From Candidatus Deferrimicrobiaceae bacterium (GTDB taxonomy: Bacteria; Desulfobacterota; Deferrimicrobia; Deferrimicrobiales; Deferrimicrobiaceae): a stretch of 64,000 nucleotides of DNA. The position numbers were made by a program, and so were the translations under genes. Under the pieces are notes generated by a model. The model was not told the DNA's origin. It saw only the letters and a list, made by a program, of their open reading frames with translations, and did no database searches. The stretch spans positions 288,001 through 352,000 of the forward strand of contig CAWBVY010000004.1 in the NCBI GenBank assembly GCA_963792415.1, written 5' to 3'. This document shows, piece after piece, positions 29,591 through 43,149 of this stretch (its first letter is position 1; each line of letters begins with the position of its first letter).

Positions 29591-29974
29591 ATGGTCGGAT
29601 TTCCCGCAACCGTGGACTTCTCGAACCCGTACTTCGCGGTTCTCCTGCTTCTAATCATCGCGCTGGTGATGTCGGTGGGATTCGTCCTCCTCTCCCAGGC
29701 GCTGGGCCCGAAGCGGTACGACCGGGTCAAGTACGGCGTGTACGAGTGCGGCGTCGACCCCCTCACCCCGGCCGCCGTGCGCGTCTCCGTCAAGTTCTAC
29801 CTGATCGCGATCCTGTTCATCCTCTTCGACCTCGAGGTGACCTTCCTCTACCCGTGGGCGGTCCTGTTCCGTTCGCTCGGGTTGTTCGGCTTCATCGAGA
29901 TGGCCGTCTTCGTCGGAATCCTGCTGGTCGGGCTGGTCTACGCGTGGAAAAAGGGAGCCCTCGAATGGCAGTGA
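29591..29974 (+). CDS. nuoA: Complex I subunit A (copy 2)
   Basis: [19 protein letters not shown]. Confidence 0.95.
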   Translation: MVGFPATVDFSNPYFAVLLLLIIALVMSVGFVLLSQALGPKRYDRVKYGVYECGVDPLTPAAVRVSVKFYLIAILFILFDLEVTFLYPWAVLFRSLGLFGFIEMAVFVGILLVGLVYAWKKGALEWQ

Positions 29975-30465
29975 AGCGCGGGAAGGACGGCGCCTCCGGC
30001 TACGCGCTCACGACCCTCGAGTCGCTGATCGCCTGGGGGAGGAAATACTCCCTCTACCCGTTCACCTTCGCCACGGCGTGCTGCGGCATCGAGGTGATGG
30101 GGGCGTTCGGGACCCACTACGACCTGTCCCGCTTCGGCGCCGAGGTCGTCCGTTTCTCTCCCCGGCAGGCGGATGTGCTTCTGGTGGCGGGGACGATCAA
30201 CTACAAGATGGCTCCCGTGCTGAAGCGGATCTACGACCAGATGCTCGAGCCGAAGTGGGTGATCTCGATGGGCGCGTGCGCCTGCTCCGGCGGCTTCTAC
30301 AACAACTACACGGTCCTGCAGGGGATCGACAAGATCGTTCCGGTCGACGTCTACATCCCCGGGTGCCCGCCGAACCCCGAGGGGATCATCGACGCCGTTG
30401 TGCAGATCCAGAAGATCATCGAGACCGGCGCGCCCCGCGCGGCGGAACGGTGGCCGTTGAAATGA
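29965..30465 (+). CDS. nuoB: Complex I subunit B (copy 2)
   Basis: [22 protein letters not shown]; start may be GTG 29971. Confidence 0.95.
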   Translation: MAVKRGKDGASGYALTTLESLIAWGRKYSLYPFTFATACCGIEVMGAFGTHYDLSRFGAEVVRFSPRQADVLLVAGTINYKMAPVLKRIYDQMLEPKWVISMGACACSGGFYNNYTVLQGIDKIVPVDVYIPGCPPNPEGIIDAVVQIQKIIETGAPRAAERWPLK

Positions 30466-30481
30466 AGGGGCGGGAAGCGGC

Positions 30482-30958
30482 GTGAGCATCGTCCTCGAGA
30501 GGCTGCGGGAGCGGTTCCCGGCGGAAGTGGAGTCCACCCACTCGGACTTCGGGGACGACACGGCCTTAGTGCGGCGGGAGCGGATCGTCGAGATCCTCGC
30601 GTTCCTGCGGGACGACCCGGAGCTGCTTTTCGACTTCGCGATGGACCTGACCGGCGTCGACTATCTCGGGGAGGAGCCCCGCTTCGAGGTGGTCTACCAC
30701 CTCTACTCGCTGGAGAAGAAGCGCCGCGTCCGGATCAAGGCGCGGCTCCACGAGGACGACCCGGTGATCGACACGGCCGTCCCGGTGTGGCCCGGAATCG
30801 ACTGGTACGAGCGGGAGGCGTGGGACATGTACGGGATCGTCTTCCGCGGCCACCCGAACCTGAAGCGGATCCTGATGTACGAGGCGTTCGAGGGGCACCC
30901 GTTGCGCAAGGATTACCCGAAGGCGAAGCGTCAGCCCACGATCGGGCCGGAGGAGTAG
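30482..30958 (+). CDS. nuoC: Complex I subunit C (copy 2)
   Basis: EREAWDMYGI, GHPLRKDY. Confidence 0.95.
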   Translation: MSIVLERLRERFPAEVESTHSDFGDDTALVRRERIVEILAFLRDDPELLFDFAMDLTGVDYLGEEPRFEVVYHLYSLEKKRRVRIKARLHEDDPVIDTAVPVWPGIDWYEREAWDMYGIVFRGHPNLKRILMYEAFEGHPLRKDYPKAKRQPTIGPEE

Positions 30959-30965
30959 GAAGGCG

Positions 30966-32183
30966 ATGGCGGAACCGGTACAAGTCACGGCGAAGGTCGG
31001 GAGGCCCGACCTGCAGGCCGAGCCGATGCTCATCAACATCGGCCCGTCCCACCCGGCGACGCACGCGACGCTGCGGTTCCAGGCGACGCTCGACGGGGAG
31101 ACGATCCTGGACCTGGTGCCGGAGTTCGGCTACCTGCACCGCGGGTTCGAGAAGGAGTCCGAGGCCGCCACCTGGACCCAGGTGGTCCCGTACACCGACC
31201 GGCTGAACTACGTCTCGCCGCTCATGAACAACGTAGGGTACGCGATGGCGGTGGAGAAACTGTGCGGCATCGAGATCACGGAGCGGTGCAAATACGTCCG
31301 CGTCATCATCTCGGAGCTCTCCCGGATCATCGACCACATGGTGTGCGTCGGGACGAACATGGTCGACCTCGGCGCGTTGACGAACTTCTGGTACTTCTGG
31401 AAGCCGCGCGAGGAGGTCTACTTCCTGATCGAGGAGCTGTGCGGGCAGCGGCTGACCACTTCCTACACCCGGATCGGCGGGGCGATGGCGGACCTGCCGG
31501 AGGGGTGGACCGACCGGGTCCTCGCGGTCTGCCGCGGCGTGATCCCCGAGTGCATCGCGGACGTGAACGCCCTCCTGACGAAGAACCGGATCTTCATCGA
31601 GCGGACGATGGGCGTGGGGCCGATTTCCGCGAAGGACGCCGTCGCCCTTGGGTTCACCGGACCGTGCCTGCGGGCGGCGGGGGTCCCCCTCGACCTGCGG
31701 AAGGACGAGCCGTACCTCGTGTACGACCGGTTCGACTTCGACGTGGCCATCGGCGAGGCGGGCGACACGTGCGACCGGTACATGGTGCGCATGGAGGAGA
31801 TGCGGCAGTCGCTCCGGATCATCGAACAGGCGGTAGCGCAACTCCCCGGCGGCCCCATCAACATCGACGACCCCCGGTTCCTCCTTCCGGAGAAACCGCA
31901 GGTGTACGAGAACATCGAGGCGCTGATGAACCACTTCAAGTTCATCATGGAGGGGGTCAAGGTCCCGGCCGGCGAGGTGTACTCGGCGACGGAGGCGGCG
32001 AACGGCGAGCTCGGGTTCTACATCGTGAGCCGGGGCGGGGGCGGGCCGTACAAGATCAAGGTCCGGCCGCCGTGCTTCCCGCTGTTCCAGGGGATTCCGC
32101 ACCTCGTGAAGGGGCAGATGATCGCGGATCTCATCGCGGTTCTGGGAAGCGTCAACATCATCGCGGGGGAGCTGGACCGGTGA
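30966..32183 (+). CDS. nuoD: Complex I subunit D (copy 2)
   Basis: NIGPSHPATH, GYLHRG, ends GELDR. Confidence 0.96.
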   Translation: MAEPVQVTAKVGRPDLQAEPMLINIGPSHPATHATLRFQATLDGETILDLVPEFGYLHRGFEKESEAATWTQVVPYTDRLNYVSPLMNNVGYAMAVEKLCGIEITERCKYVRVIISELSRIIDHMVCVGTNMVDLGALTNFWYFWKPREEVYFLIEELCGQRLTTSYTRIGGAMADLPEGWTDRVLAVCRGVIPECIADVNALLTKNRIFIERTMGVGPISAKDAVALGFTGPCLRAAGVPLDLRKDEPYLVYDRFDFDVAIGEAGDTCDRYMVRMEEMRQSLRIIEQAVAQLPGGPINIDDPRFLLPEKPQVYENIEALMNHFKFIMEGVKVPAGEVYSATEAANGELGFYIVSRGGGGPYKIKVRPPCFPLFQGIPHLVKGQMIADLIAVLGSVNIIAGELDR

Positions 32184-32653
32184 GCGCCGTCTTTTCCGAG
32201 ACCGGGCGCGCGGAGTTCGAGCGCCTGCTGACCCGCTACCCCGACAGGAAGGCGGTGGTCCTGCCCGCCCTTCACCTGGCGCAGAAGGAGTTCGGCTACG
32301 TCTCCGAGGAGGCGATCGTCTACATCGCCGGACTGGTGGGCACCTCTCCCGCGGAGATCGAGGGGGTCGCCACCTTCTACACGATGTACAACCGGAAGCC
32401 CGTGGGGAAGTACCACGTGCAGATCTGCCGGAACATCTCCTGCTCCCTCCTCGGGGCGGAGCACCTGATCGAGCACGTGTCGAAGAAGCTCGGCGTCCGG
32501 CCCGGGGAAACGACCCCGGACGGGAAGTTCACCCTGGCGAAGGTCGAGTGCCTGGGCTCCTGCGGCACGGCGCCGGTGATGCAGGTGAACGACGAGTATC
32601 ACGAGAACCTGACCGTCGAGTCGATCGACCGGATCCTCGACCAACTCCCGTGA
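32180..32653 (+). CDS. nuoE: Complex I subunit E
   Basis: CRNISC and CLGSC [2Fe-2S] motifs; GTGA overlap. Confidence 0.95.
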   Translation: MSAVFSETGRAEFERLLTRYPDRKAVVLPALHLAQKEFGYVSEEAIVYIAGLVGTSPAEIEGVATFYTMYNRKPVGKYHVQICRNISCSLLGAEHLIEHVSKKLGVRPGETTPDGKFTLAKVECLGSCGTAPVMQVNDEYHENLTVESIDRILDQLP

Positions 32654-32672
32654 GGGGCTGACGCGGACGGCC

Positions 32673-33941
32673 ATGGAAAAGGTCCTCACCACGCATTTCG
32701 CCAACGAGCGGTACCGCCGGCTGGACACGTACCGGCAGTACGGCGGCTACGACGCGTTGAAAAAAGCGTTCGCGATGACGCCCGAGGCGATCATCGACGA
32801 GGTGAAGAAGGCGAACCTCCGCGGCCGCGGAGGCGCCGGGTTCCCGGCGGGGGTCAAGTGGGGGTTCCTCCCGAAGGATCTCTCCCGCCCCCGCGTGCTG
32901 GTCATCAACGCCGACGAGGGGGAGCCGGGGACGTTCAAGGACCGGGTCATCATGACCCGCGGACCGCACCTCCTGATCGAGGGGATCGTGATCTCCTCCT
33001 TCGCCCTGCGGGCCCACGCCTGCTGGATCTACATCCGGGGCGAGTTCGTCCGCGAGGCGCGGATCCTGGACGAGGCGGTCGCCGAGGCCTACGCGGCGGG
33101 GTTCCTCGGGAAGAACATCCTGGGGTCGGGGTTCGATCTCGACGTGACGGTCCATCGCGGCGCGGGCGCCTACATCTGCGGCGAGGAGACCTCCCTGATC
33201 AACTCCCTCGAGGGGAAGCGCGGATGGCCGAGGCTGAAGCCCCCCTTCCCGGCATCCGTGGGGGCCTTCGGGCTGCCGACGATCGTGAACAACGTGGAGA
33301 CCATCGCGGACATCCCCTGGATCGTCACCCACGGCGGGGAGACGTTCGCCGCCCTCGGAGTGGAGAAGAACGGCGGGACGCGCCTGGTCGGCGTCAGCGG
33401 CGCCGTCAACCGCCCCGGCGTCTACGAGCTTTCCGCGGGGGTGAACCTCAAGGACGTCATCTTCAATGTCGCCGGGGGCTTGCGGGACGGGAAGAAACTC
33501 AAGGCCGTCATCCCCGGGGGGTCGTCCACGCCGGTGCTGCGGGCCGACGAGATCGACGTGACCTTCGACATCGAGTCGATGGCCAAGGTCGGCACGATGT
33601 CGGGGACCAGCGGTATCATCGTCATCCCGGAGGGGACCTGCATGGTGCGCGCCCTCTCGGTCCTCATGAACTTCTACGCGCACGAGTCGTGCGGTCAGTG
33701 CACGCCGTGCCGCGAGGGGACGGGGTGGCTCAAGAAGCTCGTTGGGAGGATCGAGGCGGGAGAGGGGCGGCAGGGCGACGTCGAGCTGATCCTCGACCTG
33801 TGCGACAACATGGGAGGGCGCACCATCTGTGCGCTGGCGGACGCCGCGGTGATGCCGGCGCAGTCGTTCATCTGGAAGTTCCGGGAAGAGTTCGACCGCC
33901 ACATCGGCGAGCAGAAGTGCCCGTACGGGAACCGGTTCTGA
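32673..33941 (+). CDS. nuoF: Complex I subunit F
   Basis: GRGGAGFP, GAYICGEET, SCGQCTPCREG. Confidence 0.97.
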   Translation: MEKVLTTHFANERYRRLDTYRQYGGYDALKKAFAMTPEAIIDEVKKANLRGRGGAGFPAGVKWGFLPKDLSRPRVLVINADEGEPGTFKDRVIMTRGPHLLIEGIVISSFALRAHACWIYIRGEFVREARILDEAVAEAYAAGFLGKNILGSGFDLDVTVHRGAGAYICGEETSLINSLEGKRGWPRLKPPFPASVGAFGLPTIVNNVETIADIPWIVTHGGETFAALGVEKNGGTRLVGVSGAVNRPGVYELSAGVNLKDVIFNVAGGLRDGKKLKAVIPGGSSTPVLRADEIDVTFDIESMAKVGTMSGTSGIIVIPEGTCMVRALSVLMNFYAHESCGQCTPCREGTGWLKKLVGRIEAGEGRQGDVELILDLCDNMGGRTICALADAAVMPAQSFIWKFREEFDRHIGEQKCPYGNRF

Positions 33942-33949
33942 ACGAGACG

Positions 33950-35527
33950 ATGCCGACCCTGACCTTGAATGGAATGACCGTGGACGTCCCGCAGGGGACG
34001 TCGATCCTCGACGCCGCGAAAGAGGTCGGCGTCGAGATCCCGCACTACTGCTACCACCCGAAGCTTTCGATCGCCGGGAACTGCCGGATGTGCCTCGTGG
34101 AGATCGAGAAGTTTCCGAAGCTGCAGACCGCCTGCTCCACGGTGGTCAATGACGGTATGGTCGTGCGCACCGACACCGAGAAGGTGCGCAAGGCGGTCAC
34201 CGGCGTCCTCGAGCTGATGCTCATCCACCATCCGATCGACTGCCCCATCTGCGACCAGGCCGGGGAGTGCGGACTGCAGAACTACTACATGAAGTTCGGG
34301 CTCCACAAGAGCCGGTACGCCCTCGAGGACAAGGTCCACAAGAAGAAGGTGCAGGACATCGGCGGCCAGATCGTGCTCGACGCCGAGCGGTGCATCCTCT
34401 GCTCCCGGTGCGTGCGGTTCCTCGACGAGGTGACCGGCACCCGGGAACTGCACTTCTTCAACCGCGGCGACCACTCCGAGATTTCGATCTTCCCGGGCCG
34501 GCCGCTCGACAACAACTACACGGGCAACCTTGCCGACATCTGCCCGGTCGGGGCGCTGACGAGCAAGGATTTCCGGTTCAAGTGCCGCGTCTGGTTCCTC
34601 AATGCGTTCGACTCGATCTGCACCGGCTGCTCGAAAGGGTGCAACGTCGACGCGCACCACAAGGGCGACATCCTGTACCGGCTGAAGCCCCGCTGGAACG
34701 ACGCGGTCAACCAGGCGTGGATGTGCGACTTCGGGCGGCTCACCTACAAGGAGATGAACGAGGCGAGGCTGCTCACGCCGTTCGTGCGGGAAGGGGGCGC
34801 GCAGAAGGTTGCCGCGTGGGGATCGCTCCTGCCCGACGTGGCGTTCCGCCTGAAGGCGGCGGCGGACCGGGGAGGGCCGGACCGGGTCGCCGTGATCGCC
34901 TCCCCGCAATCGTCCAACGAGGAGCTGTACCTCCTTCGGCGCCTTGCGACGGAGCTTCTCGGCACGAGGAACCTCGCCTTCACCCACCGGGTCGCAGGGG
35001 ACGGCTTCGCAGACGACTTCCTGATCCAGGCGGACAAGAACCCGAACAGCCGCGGCGCGCGGCTCCTCGGGATCCCCGACGGGGCGGCGTTCGACGCGCT
35101 GGTGTCGAAGATCTCCGCCGGAGGGATCGACGCCCTCCTCGTCTTCGGCAACGTCGTCGGCCCCCTTTCGGAGGAGGAGACGGCGGCGCTGCTGGCCAAG
35201 GTCCCGTTCGTCGCCCAGGTGGGGACGAACGAGGGGCCCGTCTCGAAGGCGGCGACCGCCGTCCTTCCGTCGGCCTCCGTCGCCGAGCGGGCCGGGACCT
35301 TCACCAGCCACGCCGGCCGCGTGCAGCGGTTCCGGTTCGGATTCCCGGCGCGCGGGAAGGCGAAGAACCCGGTCGAGATCCTCGTGGCGCTGGGGAACCG
35401 GCTGGGAGCGGAGTGGGCGTTCGCCGGAGAGGCGTCCGTCTTCCGGGCGCTGGCGGAATCCGAGGCGCCCTTCGCGGGGATGAGCTACGATTCGCTCGGC
35501 ATGTTCGGGCAGGAGGTCAAGGGATGA
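33950..35527 (+). CDS. nuoG: Complex I subunit G (short, 525 aa)
   Basis: CYHP..GNCRMC, HPIDCPICDQAGEC, RCILCSRC..CPVG, CTGCSKGC (N7-type). Confidence 0.93.
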   Translation: MPTLTLNGMTVDVPQGTSILDAAKEVGVEIPHYCYHPKLSIAGNCRMCLVEIEKFPKLQTACSTVVNDGMVVRTDTEKVRKAVTGVLELMLIHHPIDCPICDQAGECGLQNYYMKFGLHKSRYALEDKVHKKKVQDIGGQIVLDAERCILCSRCVRFLDEVTGTRELHFFNRGDHSEISIFPGRPLDNNYTGNLADICPVGALTSKDFRFKCRVWFLNAFDSICTGCSKGCNVDAHHKGDILYRLKPRWNDAVNQAWMCDFGRLTYKEMNEARLLTPFVREGGAQKVAAWGSLLPDVAFRLKAAADRGGPDRVAVIASPQSSNEELYLLRRLATELLGTRNLAFTHRVAGDGFADDFLIQADKNPNSRGARLLGIPDGAAFDALVSKISAGGIDALLVFGNVVGPLSEEETAALLAKVPFVAQVGTNEGPVSKAATAVLPSASVAERAGTFTSHAGRVQRFRFGFPARGKAKNPVEILVALGNRLGAEWAFAGEASVFRALAESEAPFAGMSYDSLGMFGQEVKG

Positions 35528-36621
35528 CCGGGCCTCTTTTCGACATCGCGGTGACCGTCGCGCGGATCGCGGTCTTCTTCGCGTTCTGCTTCGGCCTGGT
35601 CGTCGTGATGACCTGGGTCGAGCGGAAGGGGGCGGCGTATATCCAGGACCGCCGCGGGCCGAACCGGGCCGACATTTTCGGCATCCGGGCGTGGGGGCTC
35701 TTCCACCCGCTGGCCGACGCGCTGAAGTTCCTCTTCAAGGAGGACTTCATCCCCGACAACGCCCACCGGCTCTTCTACCAGATGGCCCCGATGTTCTCGC
35801 TGGCGCCGGCGATCCTGGGGATCGCCATCATCCCGTTCGGACCCGACGTCACCGTGATGGGACGCACGATCGCGCTGCAGATCGCCGATCTCAACGTCGG
35901 CATCCTTTACCTGTTCGCCGTCTCGGGGATGACCGTGTACGGCGTCGTTCTCGCCGGGTGGGCCAGCGGGAGCAAGTACCCCCTCCTCGGCGGGCTGCGG
36001 TCGTCCGCCCAGATGCTGTCGTACGAGGTCTCCATGGGGCTCTCCCTCATCGGGATCTTCATGGTGTTCGAGGCCGTCCGGATGTCCCAGATCGTGGCGG
36101 GGCAGGGGGGGCTCCTCTTCGGCGTCCTGCCGAAGTGGGGCGTCTTCGTCCAGCCGCTCGGGTTCATCCTCTTCCTCGTGGCGCAGTACGCGGAGGCGAA
36201 CCGGACCCCCTTCGACCTCCCGGAGGGCGAATCGGAGCTGGTGGCCGGGTACCACACGGAGTACGGTTCGTTCAAGTTCTCCATGTTCATGATGGCGGAA
36301 TACCTCCACATGGTGGTGGGCGCGGCCGTCGTCGCGACCCTCTTCTTCGGCGGGTGGCAGTTCCCGTATTTGGGCGACGCCGGGTTCCTCTTCCCCGGCG
36401 GTTTCGCGGTGGCCGTGCCGCCGGCGGTCGTGCTGCTCCTGCGGATCGGGGCGTTCGTCGGGAAGGTCCTGTTCTTCGCGTGGCTATACGTCTGGGTCCG
36501 GTGGACGATTCCCCGGTTCCGGTACGACCAGGTGATGCGGCTGGGGTGGAAGGTCATGCTCCCCCTCTCGCTGCTCAACATCTTCGCGACGGGGCTGATC
36601 CTGCTCCTTCTGAAAAAGTAG
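35524..36621 (+). CDS. nuoH: Complex I subunit H (copy 2)
   Basis: QDRRGPNR, PFDLPEGESELVAG, PRFRYDQ. Confidence 0.95.
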   Translation: MTGPLFDIAVTVARIAVFFAFCFGLVVVMTWVERKGAAYIQDRRGPNRADIFGIRAWGLFHPLADALKFLFKEDFIPDNAHRLFYQMAPMFSLAPAILGIAIIPFGPDVTVMGRTIALQIADLNVGILYLFAVSGMTVYGVVLAGWASGSKYPLLGGLRSSAQMLSYEVSMGLSLIGIFMVFEAVRMSQIVAGQGGLLFGVLPKWGVFVQPLGFILFLVAQYAEANRTPFDLPEGESELVAGYHTEYGSFKFSMFMMAEYLHMVVGAAVVATLFFGGWQFPYLGDAGFLFPGGFAVAVPPAVVLLLRIGAFVGKVLFFAWLYVWVRWTIPRFRYDQVMRLGWKVMLPLSLLNIFATGLILLLLKK

Positions 36622-36637
36622 AGGCGGAAACCGGACG

Positions 36638-37123
36638 ATGACGATCGGTGTGATAAAAGTGGCGCGGCCGCGGGAGATGTCGTTCTCCGAGGCGCTGTAC
36701 CTCGTGGAGATCGTGAAGGGGCTCGGGGTGACGATGGGGCACATGCTGAGCAACATCGTCCGCCAGGAGGGGATCAAGACGATCGAGTACCCAGAGGTGC
36801 GTCGGCCGATGCCCCCGCGATTCCGGGGGAAACACCGGCTGATGAAACGGGAGAACGGCGCCCCCCGGTGCGTGGCGTGCTACTGCTGCTCGACGGCGTG
36901 CCCGGCCAAGTGCATCACGATCGTGGCGGGGGAGTCGCCCGATCCGGCCGTCGAGAAGTACCCGGTCCGGTTCGACATCGACATGCTCCGGTGCGTCTTC
37001 TGCGGCATGTGCGTCGAGGCGTGCCCGTGCGACGCGATCCGGATGGACACCGGGTGGTTCACCCCGCCGGACGACACCCGCGAGAAGCTCATCTTCACGA
37101 TCGACACGCTGCTGGAGAAGTAG
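36638..37123 (+). CDS. nuoI: Complex I subunit I (copy 2)
   Basis: Two CxxCxxCxxxCP motifs. Confidence 0.95.
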   Translation: MTIGVIKVARPREMSFSEALYLVEIVKGLGVTMGHMLSNIVRQEGIKTIEYPEVRRPMPPRFRGKHRLMKRENGAPRCVACYCCSTACPAKCITIVAGESPDPAVEKYPVRFDIDMLRCVFCGMCVEACPCDAIRMDTGWFTPPDDTREKLIFTIDTLLEK

Positions 37124-37130
37124 GGGGGCG

Positions 37131-37619
37131 ATGGAAGCGGTTCTCTTCATCCTGTTCGGCGCGATCGCGGTCTGCGGGGCGATCATGGTTGTGACGCGGA
37201 AGCACCCGATGGCGTCCGCGCTCTACCTGATCCTCACGCTGTTCGCCGTCGCGGCGCTGTTCGTGCTGCGCCAGGCCCACTTCCTCGCGGCGATCCAGGT
37301 GATCATCTACGCGGGGGCGGTCGTCGTCCTGTTCGTCTTCGTCATCATGCTGATCAACGTGCCGGAGAACCGGCTCCCCGTGGAGCGGGCGACGACGATG
37401 CGCGTGCTGGGGGTCCTCGCCGCGGGGATCTTCATCCTCGAATCCGCCGTGCTGGCGCGCCGGTACTGGATGCCGAAGGGCCCCGCGGCGGAGGTGGGGA
37501 CGGTCGAGGCCGTGGGACGGGCGCTTTTCACCGACTACCTGCTCGCCTTCGAGATCACCTCGGTGCTTCTCCTGGCCGCGGTGATCGGGGCGATCGCCCT
37601 GGCGAAGAGGAAGATATGA
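37131..37619 (+). CDS. nuoJ: Complex I subunit J (copy 2)
   Basis: [22 protein letters not shown]. Confidence 0.94.
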   Translation: MEAVLFILFGAIAVCGAIMVVTRKHPMASALYLILTLFAVAALFVLRQAHFLAAIQVIIYAGAVVVLFVFVIMLINVPENRLPVERATTMRVLGVLAAGIFILESAVLARRYWMPKGPAAEVGTVEAVGRALFTDYLLAFEITSVLLLAAVIGAIALAKRKI

Positions 37620-37635
37620 AGATGCGGAGCGCCGG

Positions 37636-37931
37636 ATGATCGCACCGTCGGCATACCTGCTCCTCTCTGCGATCCTGTTCGGGATCGGGGTCGTCGGGGT
37701 GGTGGCGCGGAAGAACGTCCTCATCATCCTGATGAGCGTCGAGCTGATGCTGAACGGCGTGAACGTGGCGTTCGTGGCGGCCGGCTCGTACCTGGGCGAC
37801 GCCACCGGCGGGGTCTTCGCTTTCATGGTGATGACCGTGGCGGCCGCCGAGGCGGCGGTGGGGCTCGCGCTTCTGATCGCGCTCTACCGGCTGAAGGAAA
37901 CGGTCGACATCACGGAACTCAAGGTTCTCAA

Positions 37932-37938
<7 letters not shown>
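37636..37938 (+). CDS. nuoK: Complex I subunit K (copy 2)
   Basis: [17 protein letters not shown]. Confidence 0.95.
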
Positions 37939-40085
<2,147 letters not shown>

Positions 40086-40089
<4 letters not shown>

Positions 40090-41659
40090 CCGGCGTCGCG
40101 CTGCTCGACCAGCATCTCCTGTCGGTCCTGATCGCGCTGCCGATGATCGGCGCGGCGCTGCTCCTCTTCTTCCCGCGGGGAGCGGACGGCGCGATCCGGA
40201 ATGTTCACGCTCCTCGTGACGATCGCGGAGTTCCTCCTCTCCCTTGCGGTGGTGGCGCGCTTCGACACCGCGACCGCCGGGATGCAGCTGGTGGAGCGGG
40301 TCCCCTGGATCCCGCAATACGGGATCTCCTACATCGTCGGGGTGGACGGGATCTCCCTCTGGATCCTGATGCTCACGATCTTCATCATGCCGATCACGAT
40401 CCTCTCGACCTGGTCGGCGGTGGACGAAGAACGTGAAGGAGTTCATGGTCTTCATGCTCGTCCTCGAGACCGCGATGGTCGGCGTGTTCCTCGCCACCGA
40501 CCTGTTCCTGTTCTACATCTTCTGGGAGCTGGTCCTCATCCCGATGTACTTCCTGATCGGCGTGTGGGGGGGCGAGCGGCGGATCTACGCGGCGATCAAG
40601 TTCTTCCTGTACACCTTCGCCGGCTCGGTCCTGATGCTGGTCGCGATCATCGCCCTCTACTTCCACCATTACGCCGTCACCGGGGTCTACACGATGGACC
40701 TCATGAAGCTCTACGAGCTGACGATCCCGGTGAAGCTGCAGCTGTGGCTCTTCGCGGCCTTCTTCCTCGCCTTCGCCTTCAAGGTGCCGATGTTCCCGTT
40801 CCACACGTGGCTCCCGGACGCGCACGTCGAGGCGCCCACGGCGGGCTCGGTGATCCTGGCGGCCGTCCTCCTGAAGATGGGGACGTACGGCTTCCTGCGG
40901 TTCGCCATGGCCCTGTTCCCCGTCGCCGCCGCCGACTGGACGCCGCTGATCGCGGTCCTCGCCGTCGTCGGGGTCATCTACGGCGCCCTGGTGGCGATGG
41001 TCCAGAAGGACGTGAAGAAGCTGGTCGCCTACTCCTCCGTGTCGCACCTGGGCTTCGTCATGCTGGGGCTCTTCGCCCTCAACCTGCAGGGGATCGAGGG
41101 CGCCATCCTCCAGATGGTCAACCACGGAGTCTCCACCGGGGCGCTCTTCCTCATCGTCGGGATCATCTACGAGCGGCGCCACACCCGCCTCATCTCCGAG
41201 TTCGGGGGGGTCGCGAAGGTGGTCCCGGTCTTCGCCGTCTGCTTCATGATCGTCACCCTCTCCTCGATCGGCGTCCCCGGCACGAACGGCTTCGTCGGCG
41301 AATTCCTGATCCTGCTGGGGGCGTTCAAGGTCCACAAATGGTTCGCCGTCGTCGCCGCGACCGGGGTCATCTTTGCCGCCGTCTACATGCTCTGGATGTT
41401 CCAGCGGGTGATGTACGGAAAGATCACGAACGAGGAGAACCTCCGCCTCGCCGACATGAGCGGGCGGGAGGTCGCGTACATGCTCCCGCTGCTCCTGTTC
41501 ATCCTGTGGATCGGTGTCTACCCGCAGCCGTTCCTGCGGCGGATGGACGCCTCCGTGAACGCGTTCGTCACGCGCTTCGAGGCGAAGAAACAGGCGGCGC
41601 TCGCCGGCTCCCCCGCGGGGGAGACGATGCTCGTCCGCTACTTCGACGGGCAGAAATGA
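40086..41659 (+). CDS. nuoM: Complex I subunit M (copy 2), 2 frameshifts in the 5' part
   Basis: ATGA overlap [12 protein letters not shown]; frame changes near 40200 and 40425; [14 protein letters not shown]. Confidence 0.88.
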
Positions 41660-41666
41660 GCGCGCG

Positions 41667-43142
41667 ATGACGCCGATCCTCTTCGACAAGGCCGCCCTGA
41701 TCCAGGGGCTCTACAGCATCCTCCCCGAGCTGGTCGTGATCGCCACGGCGATCGCGGTCCTGCTGGCCGACCTGCTCCTTCCGGAGCGCGGGAAGAGGAG
41801 CTTGTGCCACCTCGCGATCGCGGGCACGGCGGTCGCGATCCTGGCCACGCTGTCGCTCGGCCCCGGGCGGATCGAAGGGTTCTCCGGGATGATCGTCCAC
41901 GACGGGACGGGCCTGTTCATCACCCTGACGATCCTCGTCACCGTGCTGCTCACCCTGCTGATGGCGACCGGCTACTCCGAGTGGGAGGGGACGCAGAAAG
42001 GGGAGTTCTACGCCCTGCTCCTCTTCTCCACCGCCGGGATGCTCTTCATGGCGAAGGGGACGGATCTCATGACCGTCTTCCTCGGGCTGGAGACGATGTC
42101 GATCCCCATCTACTGCCTGGTCGGGTTCCACCGGAACCGGATGACGTCGCTCGAGGGGGCGCTGAAATATTTCCTCCTCGGGGCGTTCGCCTCGGGGTTC
42201 CTGCTCTACGGGATCGCCCTGATCTACTCGGTGACCGGGACCACGAAGATCCCGGCGATCGCGGGGATGATCGGCGACCTGCGTCTCTTCGGGAACCCGG
42301 TGTTCATGGTGGGCGTGGGGATGCTCCTCGTCGGGTTCGCCTTCAAGGTGTCGCTCGTCCCCTTCCACATGTGGACCCCCGACGCGTACCAGGGGGCGCC
42401 CACGCTGGTGACGTCGTTCATGGCCGCCGGCGTGAAGGCGGCCGCGTTCGCGGCGCTCCTGCGCGTGACGCTGCTGACCTTCCCGGCGCTCGGGCCGGTG
42501 ATGACGAACATCCTATGGGTCCTGGCGTTCCTCACGATGACGGTGGGGAACCTGTCGGCCCTGCTCCAGGACAACGTGAAGCGGATGCTCGCCTACTCCT
42601 CGATCGCCCACGCGGGGTACATCCTCGTGGGATTCGTCGCCGGGGACGTCGCCGGCGGGCAGGCGGCCCTCTTCTACCTGCTGGTGTACGCCTTCATGAA
42701 CCTGGGCGCCTTCGGCGTGGTGATGCTCCTCGCGCACAGGGAGGACGACGGGTACGACATCGGGAACTTCAAGGGGATCGGCTTCCGCTACCCCGTGCTC
42801 GGCGGCCTGCTCACGCTGTTTCTCGTTTCGCTGGCCGGGATCCCGCCCACCGCGGGGTTCATCGGGAAGTTCTACCTGTTCAGCGCCGCGGTGAAAAACG
42901 GCTACGTCGGGCTGGCCGTCCTCGGCGTCCTGAACAGCGCCGTCTCGATCTACTACTACCTGCGGCCGGTCGTCTACATGTACATGCTCCCGGCGCCGGC
43001 CGAGGTCCCGGTTCCCCGGCCCCCGCGCACCGCCTTCTCCCTCGCCCTGTGCATCTCCGCGGCGGCGGTCCTGGTCCTCGGGATCATGCCCGGCTCCGTC
43101 CTCGCGTTCGCCGAGCGGTCGATCCTCTCCCTCCTGATGTAA
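41667..43142 (+). CDS. nuoN: Complex I subunit N (copy 2)
   Basis: PFHMWTPDAYQGAP, KRMLAYSSIAHAGY. Confidence 0.96.
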   Translation: MTPILFDKAALIQGLYSILPELVVIATAIAVLLADLLLPERGKRSLCHLAIAGTAVAILATLSLGPGRIEGFSGMIVHDGTGLFITLTILVTVLLTLLMATGYSEWEGTQKGEFYALLLFSTAGMLFMAKGTDLMTVFLGLETMSIPIYCLVGFHRNRMTSLEGALKYFLLGAFASGFLLYGIALIYSVTGTTKIPAIAGMIGDLRLFGNPVFMVGVGMLLVGFAFKVSLVPFHMWTPDAYQGAPTLVTSFMAAGVKAAAFAALLRVTLLTFPALGPVMTNILWVLAFLTMTVGNLSALLQDNVKRMLAYSSIAHAGYILVGFVAGDVAGGQAALFYLLVYAFMNLGAFGVVMLLAHREDDGYDIGNFKGIGFRYPVLGGLLTLFLVSLAGIPPTAGFIGKFYLFSAAVKNGYVGLAVLGVLNSAVSIYYYLRPVVYMYMLPAPAEVPVPRPPRTAFSLALCISAAAVLVLGIMPGSVLAFAERSILSLLM

Positions 43143-43149
43143 CGGTTTC